From Phaeosaccion multiseriatum (Eukaryota > Protista > Ochrophyta, other classes): a stretch of 64,000 nt of DNA. The first letter of the stretch is position 1, and each line of letters begins with the position of its first letter. This document shows positions 49,396 to 62,324 of this stretch, one piece after another. Made by a program: the position numbers and the translations under genes. The notes beneath the pieces were generated by a model that was given only the letters and a program-made list of their open reading frames with translations, had not been told where the DNA came from and did no database searches. The stretch spans positions 3,038,001 through 3,102,000 of the forward strand of contig OZ218963.1 of assembly GCA_965112735.1 (NCBI GenBank), written 5' to 3'.

Positions 49396-51449
49396 ATGCT
49401 GGCGAGAGCACAGCCTGAAAAGACTTTGTTATGGAGCAAGGTCCCCGTGAGAGAAGGGTGTGTGCCTGCGGCACGTCAGGGGCACACAGCAGTACTATGG
49501 CGACGCGAGATGCTGGTATTCGGTGGCACCACATCCTGCGGTGCTCGGCAGTCTACCGTTTCGAAGTTCTGCCTGACCAGTGGGGAATGGTCGGAGCTGC
49601 GGTGCACAGGAACGGAACCTTCACCGCGCAGTGGTCACGTGGCGTGGATGCACGGCGATTGCATGTGGGTTCACGGGGGGGAAGGCCCTGAGGAGGGGGG
49701 GCTGAAAGGTGGCATGGGTGTTTTCGATGACACGCTGCAGCTTGATCTGAGGCGCTTGATCTGGCGGAGAGTAGGCGCCAGGCTGGCTCCCCTGGGGCGA
49801 AGGGGGCACACGGTGGGCATGGCCGCGTGGCGGGGACGCAAGAGTGTGTTCTTGATGGGAGGGGCGACGAGCACGGGCACGCTCTCTTCCTCCGTGTACG
49901 CGATTGCATTAGAGGCGCTGGATAGTGGAGATGGGGTATGGCAGAGACCCACCATTGCGGGGGCGGCTCCTCCGGCAGGAAGGTACGGCCACAGCTGTAC
50001 GCAGATATCGGCCTCCAAGATGGCGTTTTTTGGGGGCATGGGGACGGAGGGACCCGCGCTCCTCGTTGTGCCGGGTAGGCGTGTACCGAGCAAGGGAAGT
50101 CCCGCAGGGACTGGAGCGGGAGAGGGCGAAGGGCGAGGAGTACCTCTACCGACAAAACTGCTCGGTGATTTGTTTCTGCTGGACTGTGGGCAGGACGAGC
50201 TTTTGTGGGAGCAAGTCATTCTGCCGGTGTGGAGAGGACCGTCCCCGAGGTACGGACACACAGCCTGCTTCGCACATAGACCCAACATGGAAGGGGGGCA
50301 TGAGGATGGCAAGGGAAGAGGAGAAGGAGGGGTTGGGCTCACAGCGACAGCGGGAGACTGCTTGCTTGTATTTGGGGGGTGTTGCTCCGCCGAAGAAGGC
50401 CACAGCCACGAAGTGTTTCTGTATGACATTGTGAGCAGCACTTGGGACGACAAGGTCGTGGGTGGGTGCAAGTACCCCAACAGCAGGGGGGGGCATTCGA
50501 TGGCTTTCTTGGCGTCGGATGGGGGGCCGCAGCAGCGAGATAGCGTGCTGGTGTACGGAGGACTTAACTCCATGTACCTCAACTCAGACACCTGGATGCT
50601 CGCTCTCGACTGGAGAGGAGGGAGGGCTGCAGGGAATGGCAAAGGGGGGCAAGGAGCTCGGGGTCAGGAGGGCGACTATAGCAGCACTGGAGGTGGCAGC
50701 GGTAGAGGGGAGGAGGACAGCCTGAGACTTGAGTTGGAGGCAGATATGCATGAGGCTCAAAAGCAGAAGTTCGCGGCGGAGCAGGCGTTGAGTACGCAGA
50801 CGATGGCGCGGCGGGGCCGCGAGGAGCAGTTGGAGGGCTTGCGGCAGGAGCTCGCCGAGGCACACAGAGCCACGCAAGACAGCGAGAGACAGGTGAGGAC
50901 AGAGGTCAAGCAGTAGCACACGATACTATTATCAATCCCACTCTTGTCTTGCAGATGCCTTGCAGACTACCTTACTGGAAGAGCGAAGGCTGTCCCGTGA
51001 GAGTGAGACGGGGTCGGCAGGCAGCGCATCAAGGAGCGCGCTCTGAAGGAATGAACATGCTGTTGTGGTTGTGGCTCTACTAGCGCACCCGGACTTTCTA
51101 CTGCGTGATGCCGGGGAGGTGACCGCGCTTACCTTTGTCTTGTGTCTGTCTCGACCACTGCCCACCTTCGTCATTTGTCCGTCCTAACTATGGACCACAG
51201 GTATTGCAGCTCCGGACAAAGCTTCAAGAGGAGGTGGAGGCGAAATTTGCACTGCTGCAACTCAACGCGGAAGCACATCACCTCCTACAGCTTGTCCACC
51301 TCCAGCATCAACAACAGCAGCAGATACAACAGCAACAACAGCAGCAGCACCAGCACCAACAGCAGCAGCAGCACCAGCAGCAGTGGCAGCAAGACGCCGG
51401 CTCCCTGCTGTTTGATGCTCGTGACCTTCTTGAAAATGACTATATTTAA
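49396..51449 (+). CDS. Kelch-repeat protein with C-terminal coiled coil (start approximate)
   Basis: Six Kelch-like repeats (RQGHTAV..LVFGG, RSGHVA..VHGG, RRGHT..LMGG, RYGHS..FFGG, RYGHTA..VFGG, RGGHS..VYGG) followed by heptad-rich exons. Confidence 0.85.
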
Positions 51450-51520
51450 CTCAAAACTAGAAAAAAACAGAAGCGGCGGGCCACGTGTGCCTCGTCTTTG
51501 CCTGCCCACACTTCTCTCGG

Positions 51521-53042
51521 TCAGGCCACTTGGTCAAGAAAGCTCTCAAAGTCGTCCAGATCTTTGCCCACCCCCACAGGGCTTGCTACCGCGCCACCCC
51601 CAGAGCCCTGCTGCTGCTGCTGCTGCTGCTGCTCCTGCTTCTGCTGATACTCCTGTATCACCAACTGCTGCCCTTTCTGTCCTCCTAACCCGAAGTCGTC
51701 CCACATGTCGTCGCCCTGTTCCTGCGTCGTGTTGCTGCCGACGGCTGGAGGTGCCGCTGGTGGCGGTGACGCCGCTACTGGCTGCTGCGAAGTAGAAGAA
51801 GACGAGGTTGATACTTGTGGCGGCGACGCTACGGGAATACTTCTGCTTGCCTTTGCAGTGCTCCTCGGCGCAGGGACGGCGTGGGTCGCAGCAGTGGCGA
51901 CTTTGACGGCAGCAGGCTGTCCTCCCTGCTTTCCTCCTGGCTTTCCTCCCGACAGGGGCTGCTTCTCGGGCTTTGCTTGCTGCAATACTCTCCCGCCCCT
52001 TGCCGTGGCCTGCTGCTGACGAGCGGTTACTCGTATTCCTCTTCCTCCTCCTCCTCCTCCTCTTGCGGCGTCCTCTTGCTCTCTCTTCTTCTTCTTGTTC
52101 TTCAAGATTTGCTCGAAGCTCAGCACCTCAAAATCCGTCTTGTTCGTTGTCTTGACAGCTGTCTTGACAGGCCTTGCTGCTCCTGCCTGCGCAGCTTGCC
52201 CACCACCCCCTACAACACCTGCACCTCCTGACACGCGCTGCTGGCCGACACTCCCCCCCTCTTTTTCTTGTTTTGGTTGTTGTTGTTGTTGTTGTTGTTG
52301 TTGTTGCTGGTTCTTTTCAATCGCCTTCGATCTCCTCTCGGAGCCAAGAGACACAGCTTGCTGCGCGGATGCACTTCCCTTCCTCTTCACGGTCAAGGGT
52401 CTACTATTTCCCTTCGTCTCCTCCACAACACCAGGGGCTGGATTCCGATCTCTCATCTTGCCAATACGCCCTGCTGTACCACCCCCCCCTACGCCCGTCT
52501 CCTCCCCGCCTACAACGGGCTTTAGCGCTCCCCCCCGCTTGCCCCCCCCGAGGGCCGCCAACGCCCGGAGCCCCAGAGAGGCGGCACCGTCCTTTCTTGA
52601 CCGCTTCACGTCAGGTGCCTTCGCACTGCTATTGCCTGTCGCCTCGCCCGAGGTCCCTGCTGCTCCTCTCTTCCTCGCCCCCTCTCCTTCCTCCTCCTTC
52701 CGGAGAGGTTGTCGCCCCTTTGTTGTGGTCTCTTGCTGTGTCTTCCCCGGGGTGGGCCCCAGTCGTCCTGCCAAGCTCCTTTTCTGCTGTAAGGGCATTG
52801 CGACTTGCTGCTCTTGGCGGTTCCTCTTCGTCACGAAACCTCCCTCTCCCGATTGCACTTGGGTAATGTTCACCTTGGCCCCACTACCGGCCGCGCGCAC
52901 AACTGCGTTCGAAACCCGCACAGCCGGGCCTCTGATTGCCTTGCTTTTGAAATCATTGGTGCTCTCGCCTTCTCTGCCTATTCCTCCCAGCTTCCTACCC
53001 TGAGGAATGCCGTGTCCTGCCTGCTCTTGGCCTTTTAGTCCC

Positions 53043-53088
<46 letters not shown>

Positions 53089-53393
53089 CGAGTGGTTTTT
53101 TCACTTGTTCCTGAGGAAGGGTTGGTCGTCGCTGCTGCTGCTGATGCTGCCGATTTCTTCGTTGCGAGTCTTGTGGGGGAGCTTCTTGTCCTAGAGGGGC
53201 TTCGCCGCCGAGTGACTCTTCCCCTCCTCCACCACCATTCCTCTGCACTTGTGCCTGAGCTTGTCCCAGATTGAGTCCTGGTTGCGAAAACTCATCCTCC
53301 GTCTGCTGCCATCCCTGCCCTTGCCGGGGGCCTTGCTCCTGCTGTCCTCGACCACCCCCCCATAGCGAGAGACGCTGCCCCATCTGTGTTTGC

Positions 53394-53427
<34 letters not shown>

Positions 53428-53586
53428 GCTGTTGTTGCGCGTGGCGTTGGTGCAACGCGGCCTCCAGCCGCCCGAGAGGCATTTGGGACATATCGCCGCC
53501 GCCGCCGCCGCCCCGATTTCGCGGAGCTGGTCCCTGAAACTGCCGCTGCTGGTCCTCTACCGACGACCATGCCAAGTGATCAGGAC

Positions 53587-53635
<49 letters not shown>

Positions 53636-55096
53636 CTGTTGCTGTTGCGGTTGCTGCTGGTACCGTTGACCTTGGTGCATCTGTCGCGGTTGTGGCCCAC
53701 TTTGGTGGTATTCCTGTTGGTGCTCCTGCTCTGGCTGGTGCTGCTGTTGTTGCCCGTGCTGTTGCTGCAGGCGGAAGTGTGGTCGCTGCTGTTGCTGGGA
53801 GGGTAGGAAGCCCTTGGTCCCAGCTGGTTGTGGAAAACCCTTGCCTCTCGCTGGAGGGGTCGGCAAAGCACCCTCCATAGACGCAGCCACCGAAGAGCCG
53901 CTGTTGGCAAGGGGGTGAGAAAATGGGCACGCATCTCCTTTGGTGCAATGTCCTTGGAGGAAGAAGTGACAGGCCTTCGGCTCCCCTCCTCCACCGGCAC
54001 TGGCTTTCGGCGCACCAGGACCCGCCTGTTTCGTTTAACACACGCAGAGAAAGAGTGGAGGGGGGGGAGATGAGTCCTGGACAAGAGGGGGGGCTCACTT
54101 CTCCCTCTTTCTCTCTTTCGAAGAAAACGCAATCAAAAAAGCTCCTGCAAGTCCTTCTCCACCCGCCCACCAAACCGGAGAGATAACCCCCCCGCCAACA
54201 GAGAGTACATACCTTGCCAGCAGGGTGAATGAAGCGACACAAAGCCCCCTCCTTACACGTGCCGAAACTCCAAAATCGGCAGACCTGGTCAAACCCCCGA
54301 GCCTCCTCGCTATGGCGGAATACACACCTCGACCCCTGCCAGTGGTCGATTCGATGAAATGTCGATTAATCGAAATCGTTCATCACATGAGTGGTGAATG
54401 GTATCGATGGCGGAAGCAGAGATGGTTCAAGCATCAAGAAGTGGGGGGAGGGTGCACAAACAAAAGAAAACAAAAACACAAACAGACAAACGAGGGGAGA
54501 TATCCCAGGAACATTGGGGTGGAAGGGAGAGGAACGCAGAGGAAAGGTCGTAGAATCAATCAGCCTCCGCCGTTCGCCTCAAGCCCGCTCCGCCCCTTGG
54601 AAAAAAACAACAACCAACTCTTTGCTGTGGGGCGGTCCTGCTGCGGCAGTTTCCTCTCCAGAAAACTTTTCTCCAACCTCAACCCTCTCCGTGAATCATT
54701 GGCTCTGCCCATTTCTCTCCCCTCTGCCGAGGCGGGTCAAAGCCAGCTAAAGACACGTACACAGGGAGGCCCCCAGGTGGGATGAAATCCCTTCCGGCTG
54801 ATACTGCTGCCTGCCCCAGCCGCAAAGAAAACGCGGTCATTCTTTCCTCACACGCAGAAAGAGCGGCTCGGCATTCTCCCCCCCCGATTCCGACGCTGCT
54901 GCAGCTCGCGCACTTCGCCTTGCCCAAATGGGGATGTTGTGTAAACGGTCGCCCTCACCTTGAGACAAGTGCTCGTTAGAAAAAAATGGCAGTCCCCCAC
55001 TGCCGCAGTGGGGGCCGTTTCTACCAGGGCGCCAGTCACACGAGCAGCAGCAGCGTTGGGGGCTGCTGCTGCTGCTGAAGGTGTAGTCGATAACAT
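51521..55096 (-). CDS. ZC3H11-like triple CCCH zinc-finger protein (exons 55096-54959, 54335-54213, ~54025-51521)
   Basis: DCHFFLTSTCLK|GSRCVFRH..VCRFWSFGTCKEGALCRFIH..ACHFFLQGHCTKGDACPFSH, like the ZC3H11A N-terminus; long Q-rich disordered body; FEVLSFEQIL motif. Confidence 0.8.
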
Positions 55097-55244
55097 GGAG
55101 AGGAAGACCAGATTGCGATTGCGGAGGGGGAATAGGGATACCCATCCACTGCCATCCCTCTTCACCCTTCTCCCTGAATCTCCTTTATTGCTGAGGGGTT
55201 GCTGAAGCACTCTCCCACTCACAGGGAGACATCTCTTCTCGACC

Positions 55245-55889
55245 ATGCTGTTGGTATCGCTGCTGCTGGTGGTGTTCGTACTGTCGGTAGTCAGTGTTTC
55301 GGCGTTTGTCCCCTCCGTGCCAGCCACAACCCAAGCCAGCGCGAGCAGTAGCAGGGGAAGCGATAGTTGCAATAGGCGAACATGTGAAGGCTGCTCCTCT
55401 TCGGTGTCGCTTAAGAATGGCGGTCGAATGGCGCGGGGGCGTGGCTCCTTGCGCTCTGCAGGGATAGATCTAATCCCGGTCCTCAAGGAGATCAACGAAG
55501 GGTGGGGGGGGGTGGGCGCAGTGGTAGGGGGAGTGGTATCTGAGGCCATCCAGAGCATGAACGCGGTCAAGGCGTCTCAAGCTGCAGCGGGAATGGTGGG
55601 CGGATCCGTCGGGGTGGTCGGTACCCTGATTGCGATAGTGAACGAGAAACGGAAGGCGAAGGAGAAGGTCAGATGCAATTACTGCCTGGGAACGGGCTCG
55701 CTGCCCTGTGCGCAGTGTCTCGGGTCTGGGCGCCTGTCGGTGAAAGACAAGGTGCGTATGCGGGCACGACCTCGTAAAGGGGAGTGAAGCATGCAGGGGA
55801 CGAGGGGAGGGGGGGGGCTGGGGAAGCCACCTACTCGTGGCAAAAAGCCATGGCCGGCCAGGGAGAAACTCACTTGTGAATACACCCTG

Positions 55890-55921
<32 letters not shown>

Positions 55922-56483
55922 GCGGTGCTCCTGGTGCTGCCGCAAAGTCCGAGCGAAGTGAGCAGCAGCCTCTCTTGACTTGTGGCTTTTCGTTGTAGGA
56001 AGCATGCGCTCTGCCTCGTCTATGTAGCTAACTTGGTTGTACTGTGCTGAAATCGGTTTGTTGGGGGCGGCACGAAGGCTCTGCCGTCGTCGTTCGTGTC
56101 CACCCTTCCAAGTCGCACTCTGAATATGGGTGTCACGCTCAGAGAGGACTCGATTTTTTGTTTCATGGTGGTACTGTGCTTCTCGCCTCTCGTGGCCCAT
56201 CCTTTCCTCCACATTGATCCCCTGTGTCTCTCCCCCTTTATCTCTCTCCCACCTCCTCCTCCTTCTCCTCCTCCTCCTCCTCCTCCTCCTCCTCCTCCTC
56301 CTGCTCCTGCTCCTCTCGCAGGAGACGGGGACGGTAATGCAGGTGAACTGTCCTGGGTGCCTTGGCACAACGAAGAGAACGTGCATCAACTGCCATGGGG
56401 ACGGCCGCACCACTCCACGCTTTCTCGACCGCAGTGCCTCCAGAGACCCGGAAGACGAGCTCGATGACTACGGAGCCGGATAG
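55245..56483 (+). CDS. ORANGE-like DnaJ-type zinc-finger plastid protein (exons 55245-55751, 56322-56483)
   Basis: Signal peptide + VSAFVP; GGSVGVVGTLIAIVNE..RCNYCLGTGSLPCAQC resembles plant OR (GGAVGVISAL..RCKYCLGTGYLACARC); four CxxCxGxG-like motifs. Confidence 0.75.
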
Positions 56484-56878
56484 ATGGAGAGGTGGAGACG
56501 GAGGCTTGAAGACGCGCGTGTGTGTTAGCAGGACCACCCTCGTTGTACGGCCCGTGTAGAGACTCATCGGCGCCTCTCTAGCCTCGGAAACTGCGCAGCC
56601 CTCGCAGCCTCGCCTGTAGTGGCCATGGGTTAGCAAAGTCGCATGTAGGAAGAAGGAGGGCTGAGGAGTGTTCCGGTATCTGTGAGTTGCCGTGGACGCC
56701 AAACGCGCGAATCAAATCCATCATAGATGGCACTTAAATCTTCCTCTCTCTTCTTCATCTTTCATCTTTCTGGGACTTGAGGGTGTGTACATATCATCTT
56801 TCTTCTTCTACCACTGCTTGCTCCCCTCCTCTATCTCCCGGCTTTGGCTTGGCACAAGAAAAAGACCTGGAGGACGCC

Positions 56879-57567
56879 ATGATGGCCAGCAGCAAGCGCT
56901 TACGCAGGGAGATGGTGAACCTGGTTAGCAATCCAGATTCGCAAATCAGCTTACGGCCACGAGAGGACAACATCAAAGAGTGGAAGGCTTTCATCAAGGG
57001 CCCGCCTGATTCACCGTTCGAAGGAGGTAGATGAAAGACCGGAAGGAAAGAGCCAAACCGCATGATTCTGATTCACTCCCGATTGCGCTTGCTTTGCCAC
57101 TCTGCTTCTCTCTCGATTCGCAGGAGTCTTTGAGCTGAGAATCTCCGTGGGTCAGGAGTACCCAATGTCCCCTCCCACTGTGGCCTTCGTCACCAAAATC
57201 TTCCACCCAAACGTGCATTTCAAGGTCTGTCGCATCATAGGATTGCTTATCCTTGACGGTGGCGGTCGCCATCTAACCTTTCTCCTGCACCCCCCCCCCC
57301 CACCCCACCCGCCCCAAAACGCCTTCTGTCAAGACTGGGGAGATTTGTTTGGATGTTTTGAAGAAGGCCTGGTCACCGGCGTGGAGCCTTCAAGCGGCGT
57401 GTAGAGCCATCATTGCCCTCTTGGGGGAGCCTGCAGCAGACAGCCCTCTCAATTGCGATGCCGGAAACATGATCCGAGCCGGCGACCTTCGGGCCTACCG
57501 CTCCATGGCTACGATGTACAGGATTGAGTACGGAAGTGGACCCATGCCGGCTGACGAAATCATGTAA
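56879..57567 (+). CDS. PEX4: Peroxin 4, ubiquitin-conjugating E2 (3 exons)
   Basis: HPNVHFK|TGEICLDVLKKAWSPAWSLQAACRAIIALL..DSPLNCDAGNMIRAGD..MY, diagnostic of PEX4/UBC21. Confidence 0.92.
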
Positions 57568-57643
57568 TGAGCTGAACGAGGCAACCAGAGAGAGACTGTA
57601 CACAAATGTTAATAAATGCGCCTGCTATGGTTGGGTATTGTGT

Positions 57644-60600
57644 CTATTCTCCTCCCCCCCTTGGTCTACCCACGTCCGTCTCAAAATACTTGTCGAGCAC
57701 CTCCAAGAGGCTGTCCACGGCCACTTGGGCCTCCTCCTGGTCTTGCTTGTACTCGTCAGTCTCCCCCGCCCCCGGAGGAGAGGAGGCCTCATACCGTAGC
57801 CTGACCTTGTTCAGCCCTCGGAACACATTGATGAGCACCTGGTGGGCCTTGCTGCACTTGTGCTGGCGCTCCTCCTGCGCCAGATTCACCCCCAGTGAAG
57901 CGGCAGCCCCCCTGGCAGCTGCATTGCGCGTGTCCCGAATCAATCTGCCGAACTTCCTCACCAGCGACTCAAGACCGCGCACCACGGCAGCCGCTTGGAA
58001 AGCCGCAATCTGCTGGACCTGCAGCAGCTCGTACAAGACCGGCAGCATGCGCACACACATGTCCAGACTGACTGCTTCGGATCGTAAGTCCATGTAGCGG
58101 ATGAAGTCGCATGCAACGACCACACCATCACCACCTCCTCCCCCTCCTCCTGCCGCTGCTGCTGCTGCTGCTGCTGCTGCTACATCACGTCCTCCTGCCC
58201 CGCCCCCACCCCTCGTCAAGTCTGCCAGCAGGGCCGCAGTGCCGGTGGCGTCGGCTCTGCTCCACCTTTCCTGGAGGCGTCGCAGCAAGACGATTCTTTG
58301 GCGGAGCATGGACGTTTGTCGCGACTTGCCCAGCAGTACCGACGCGATGATATCGTTCTCGCTCAGCAGAGAGGCAGGAGGAGGAGAAGACTCTGATACT
58401 CTACCCTTTTCTGCTGCCATCCCTACGGGCGAGCCCGTCCTTACTGCTGCTGACATAGCCGTCACCCCCGACTCCGTGGATGGAGGATGATCAGCTGATA
58501 CTGACCCCGACGCTCCGCGAGGGCTTCTCTCACGACTGCGAGGAGGACTCCTACTCCCTCCTCTGCTGCTGCTCCTGCTCGTCCTGCCTCCGCCCCTCTC
58601 GACAGGTCGGTCCTTCTCTTCACCACCCCCCCTTTCTCGCCCCTTCTGTGGCGCCGCTGCCGCTCCTGCACCCCAAGGGTTCTTGTCATTATCTTTCTCC
58701 CCCGCAGCGGTCAGCCGGCTGGGTGAGGTCTCCGGGGTAATCGTACCCGTGCCATCCCAGCGACGCTTGCCCGCTGTCCTCGGCAAAGGCCGGTCGTCGC
58801 AATCCTCCGTAAATGGAGGATGCAATTGTGACTCTTTACTCTCTCCATTCCGTAGTAACGCTACTTCTGTTGCTGACGCTAATGGTCGCACCTCCTCCTT
58901 CCCGCCTCTTCCGTCTGGTGGGCGAGAAGGGGGCGAGGTGGATGCGGTGCTTCTACTGCTGCCGCGTCTCTCGCGCTTCCTCTCCATACTTGTGGTGCGG
59001 ATGGAGCACTCGTCTCCGCGCCTCTGTGCTTCATCTCCTCCATCCTCCCTCGCTGCCGAACCTTCGCCTTCTCCGCTCCCAGCGGTAGGCAAGCTCTCGT
59101 CCTCCGCCTGCTGCACATCTTTGCTCTCCGCTGCCGCCGCCGCTGCTGCTACTGCTGCTGATGGTGGTGCTGCACCATTCGCTGGGGAGCAGCCCTTCAA
59201 ACGAGCAGGCAAAGCTTCGAGCTCATCCTCTATTCTTTTCCCGTCCTCCCATGGCGCAAGCGCTGGATTACCGTTGCCCTGCGTCTTGAAAGACGCACCG
59301 ATGGACGTTCCTACACTCGCCTGCTGTGGCCCCTGTTGCGCCTTCGTTTCCGCCACGTCACCAGTGAATGAGGAGCGCTGGAGTTTCTTTCCGTGTATCT
59401 GGAAAGATGGCTCCTCCTGCTGGCCTTCTGCTGTTCCCCTCCGCCCACCTCCGTCCCGATTGCTTGTGCTGCTATTGCTACTACGAATCGGCCCCGACCC
59501 CTTTCTGCCCCCGCCCACCACTGCAGCCGACTCCACTCCAGCCCCGTTCTTGGCAGCACCGGCCATGTCCCCACCCGCTGCTTCTGCGGCTGTTACACCC
59601 GTCGACGCCTTCCCGCCATTCTGCTGCCTGTGCTGCTGGGAGGCTTCCTCCTCTCTGCCCCTTGATTTCTCCAAGTCGACCGCCCAAATGGACACAAAGT
59701 TGTTGTTAAAGGCCGCAGCCACCACCTGTCCCTTCCGCGTGAGCTCAATGGCCCGGATATTGTCGCCCCAAGCCGCCTCGGTGAAGCCTTCCAAGCGCGT
59801 CGTAGCTGCATCGTCGTCCCACGCCCACCTTCGAATGGCCTGAGAGCTGGCCCCGAGCACGTGGTCTCCTTCCTTGTCGAAGGCCATGGCCCTCACCAAC
59901 GAAGAGTCCGGAGCAGTCACGGCGAAGAACTCCATACTCTCGACGTCATACAGCCGGATGGTGCGGTCGCTGGTCGACACTGCCCAGGATGAGGAGGGGA
60001 ACAGGGAAGAAAGAAGACGGAAGAGGGAGCGATAATGGTGGGGATACACTCGGAATAGCCGCCTTCTGTGGAGGAACATGCGGAGAGCAATGAACAAAGA
60101 GACGTCGCCGTGGTTATTTTTCCTCCTTACCTGCCAGTAGAAGCTCCTGTGGATTGAAGCGCACCCCCCCCACAGCCCCATTGCAAGCCTTGAAGCCGTG
60201 GAGCATCTTTCCGGCTCGAAGGTCCCACAGCTTCACCGCGCCCTGAAAGTCCGTCGAGAGAGATAGATTGAGTGCGATGGAAAGTACATTGGTGCACACA
60301 ACACTCAGAGCCTGCTGTTTCGCTCTTCAGGGCGTCTGAGCTTTTCACACCGCTGGTACAACCCCAGTCCTTGAAACCTCCCAGTTATTCATGCAGAGGC
60401 CCGAAACCTTGCCCCCCCCCACCATCGACAAATGGAGCGCTCTCTTCGGTAACACCGGGGAGCACAGCAGGACAACCGTCAAAGACTTACGTGGCCATCG
60501 CTCGAGGCCAAAACACTGCTGTCCGGCGAGAATTGGACGCTGGTGATGCCGGTGCTGTGACCCTTGAAGGTCATGACGCATTCCTTGCTGCCGGTGTTCC

Positions 60601-61387
60601 ACAACTTGACATTGGTGTCCAGAGCGCCGGATGCGACAAACTTCTCAGCGCACGCGCTACATGCAGTCGACGATACGTTACTGCGGTGCCCTGCAAATGT
60701 AAGTAAGGAAGGTAAGGGGAGGGAGGGGAGAAATGGACTGGGGAGGACAATGCTTGACAAACTCACCTTTAAAATTTCGGACCACTTTCCCTCCTGCCTC
60801 GAGGTTGTAGAGCTTGACCGCGCCACCACTGTTGCCAGATACGATGTGCTGTCGGAGGAAGTGAGGGAATGGAGAGTGTCAAAACGCGAAGAGGAATTCC
60901 CTTTCTTCCTCATCACTCACAGTTTCATCCTCCGAGAAGCAGAGGCTTTCGATTTCTGGGAGGGTAGAGAGGGGGATGAGCGTCAGCAGCGCAGATGCGA
61001 GCGATGTTCCAGGTCAGCAGACGAAGGGGACGAGGAGAGCGAGGGAGGAGCGGCATCAAGGAGCGCCATCCAAGCATCCGCACGTACTCCCCTGTCCATT
61101 CCTCTCTCTCTCTCCATCTCTGTATGTGTGCTCTGATTCACTTCTCTCGCCTAATCACCCCACGCACCGCTCCCTCCGCTGTTGATGCTGAGCTTATTGG
61201 TAGAGCTTCCGATGACCCAGACGTTGATTCTTTTGTCTTCTCCTCCCGTGGCTAGGACCTGTCCAGACGTAGGCCCGATAGCCACGCAGTTTACAGCCGT
61301 GCTATGCGCCACGAACTCATGAGCCTTGAAGGCGCTGAAGGAGGAGGAGGTCGTGTCAATGCGAAGGCCTTCCATGCCAACCTTCAT
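57644..61387 (-). CDS. KATNB1: Katanin p80 WD40 subunit B1
   Basis: EFVAHSTAVNC..QVLATGGEDKRINVW, ASGALDTNVKLW..FKGH, VKLWDLRAGK..FNPQELLLA; C-terminal con80-like helical domain (L..R...LR.....W, SLDMC...LP, GV.LAQEERQHKC). Confidence 0.92.
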
Positions 61388-61478
61388 TGATGGCGAGGTC
61401 GAGGCGCCAACTGCTCAACGACGAGCTTAAATTCAAACTCACCTTCCATCGGGCCGAGTCCACACCAATAACGCTCCG

Positions 61479-62165
61479 ATGGCGAATCGTGAGGCTATCC
61501 GCCTATACCGTGATATCCTCCGAGGGTGCAAGCGCTTCCACTGGTGCGACAAGGACGGGGAACCGTGGTGAGTCATTCCGTCCTCTCTCTAATCCTTTGC
61601 CCCTCTCCATGTCTCACTCCCTCCCTCTCCACTCTCTCCTCCTTTGCTCCTCTCCTCTTGCTCCTCCTCCTCCTCCTCCTCCTGCTCTCCCAGGAATAGA
61701 GTGCTGAAAGACAGCGCACGAAAGGAGTTCGACCAAGCCCGGGAAGAGTATGTGAGTCCTGTTAGTGGAAGGCCATTTGTCCCTCTCTTATCTCTAATCA
61801 TTCTGTGGTCTGGTCTCGACCGCGCAGGATCCACTCATCGTTGCCCGCCTGTTGGTGGTAGGGAGGCAGTGCTTGAATGACACCCTTTATAAGGTAAATT
61901 GACGGAGAAAGTGCCGGGGCGCTGCTGTCCCTCAGATCAGGCCACTACTAAAGCGTCCATCCCAACTGTCTGGACCCCCTTTCCCTCTCAGTGTTGTTCC
62001 TCACTGCCAAGCCGTCGTCTCCGTTCCTATCCTCCCGGTGTCCGTCGCTGCTGGGCAAAACAGTTCGATAAGACCAACCAGGAAATCAAGGATAAGATTG
62101 AACGCACACGCAACCCTGGTGACCGCCCCTCCGGAAGAGACGGCCACCGTCGGCCGGAAAGATGA
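61479..62165 (+). CDS. LYR-motif protein (4 exons)
   Basis: REAIRLYRDILR..F.W.D..G.PW|..VL..SARKEF..AR..DP..VARLL..GR. Confidence 0.8.
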
Positions 62166-62324
62166 ACAGATTTGGGACATGTGCGGTGGGGTAAAGCGCG
62201 ACCTACGCACATATAGGCGTTTCAACAAGAGTCAGCCTGAGACCAACATGCTGTTGAGCATGGCTGATGACCTCTTGTTGTGGTCTCTTTCACGAAACAA
62301 GATGGGCGCGTCTGCATCCTGATG

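Noticed and set aside
50890-51200. Possible non-canonical GA-AG intron in the Kelch gene
   Set aside because: A fully canonical solution exists using a 35-nt exon at ~51084-51118.
29870-57567. PEX19 and PEX4 as a peroxisome gene cluster; NUP42/ECD/ZC3H11 as an mRNA-export cluster
   Set aside because: They are separated by many unrelated genes, which is compatible with chance in a gene-dense genome.
57606-59843. Long plus-strand ORFs antisense to katanin p80 (also antisense to ECD, Kelch and ZC3H11)
   Set aside because: Shadow ORFs produced by high GC codon bias.
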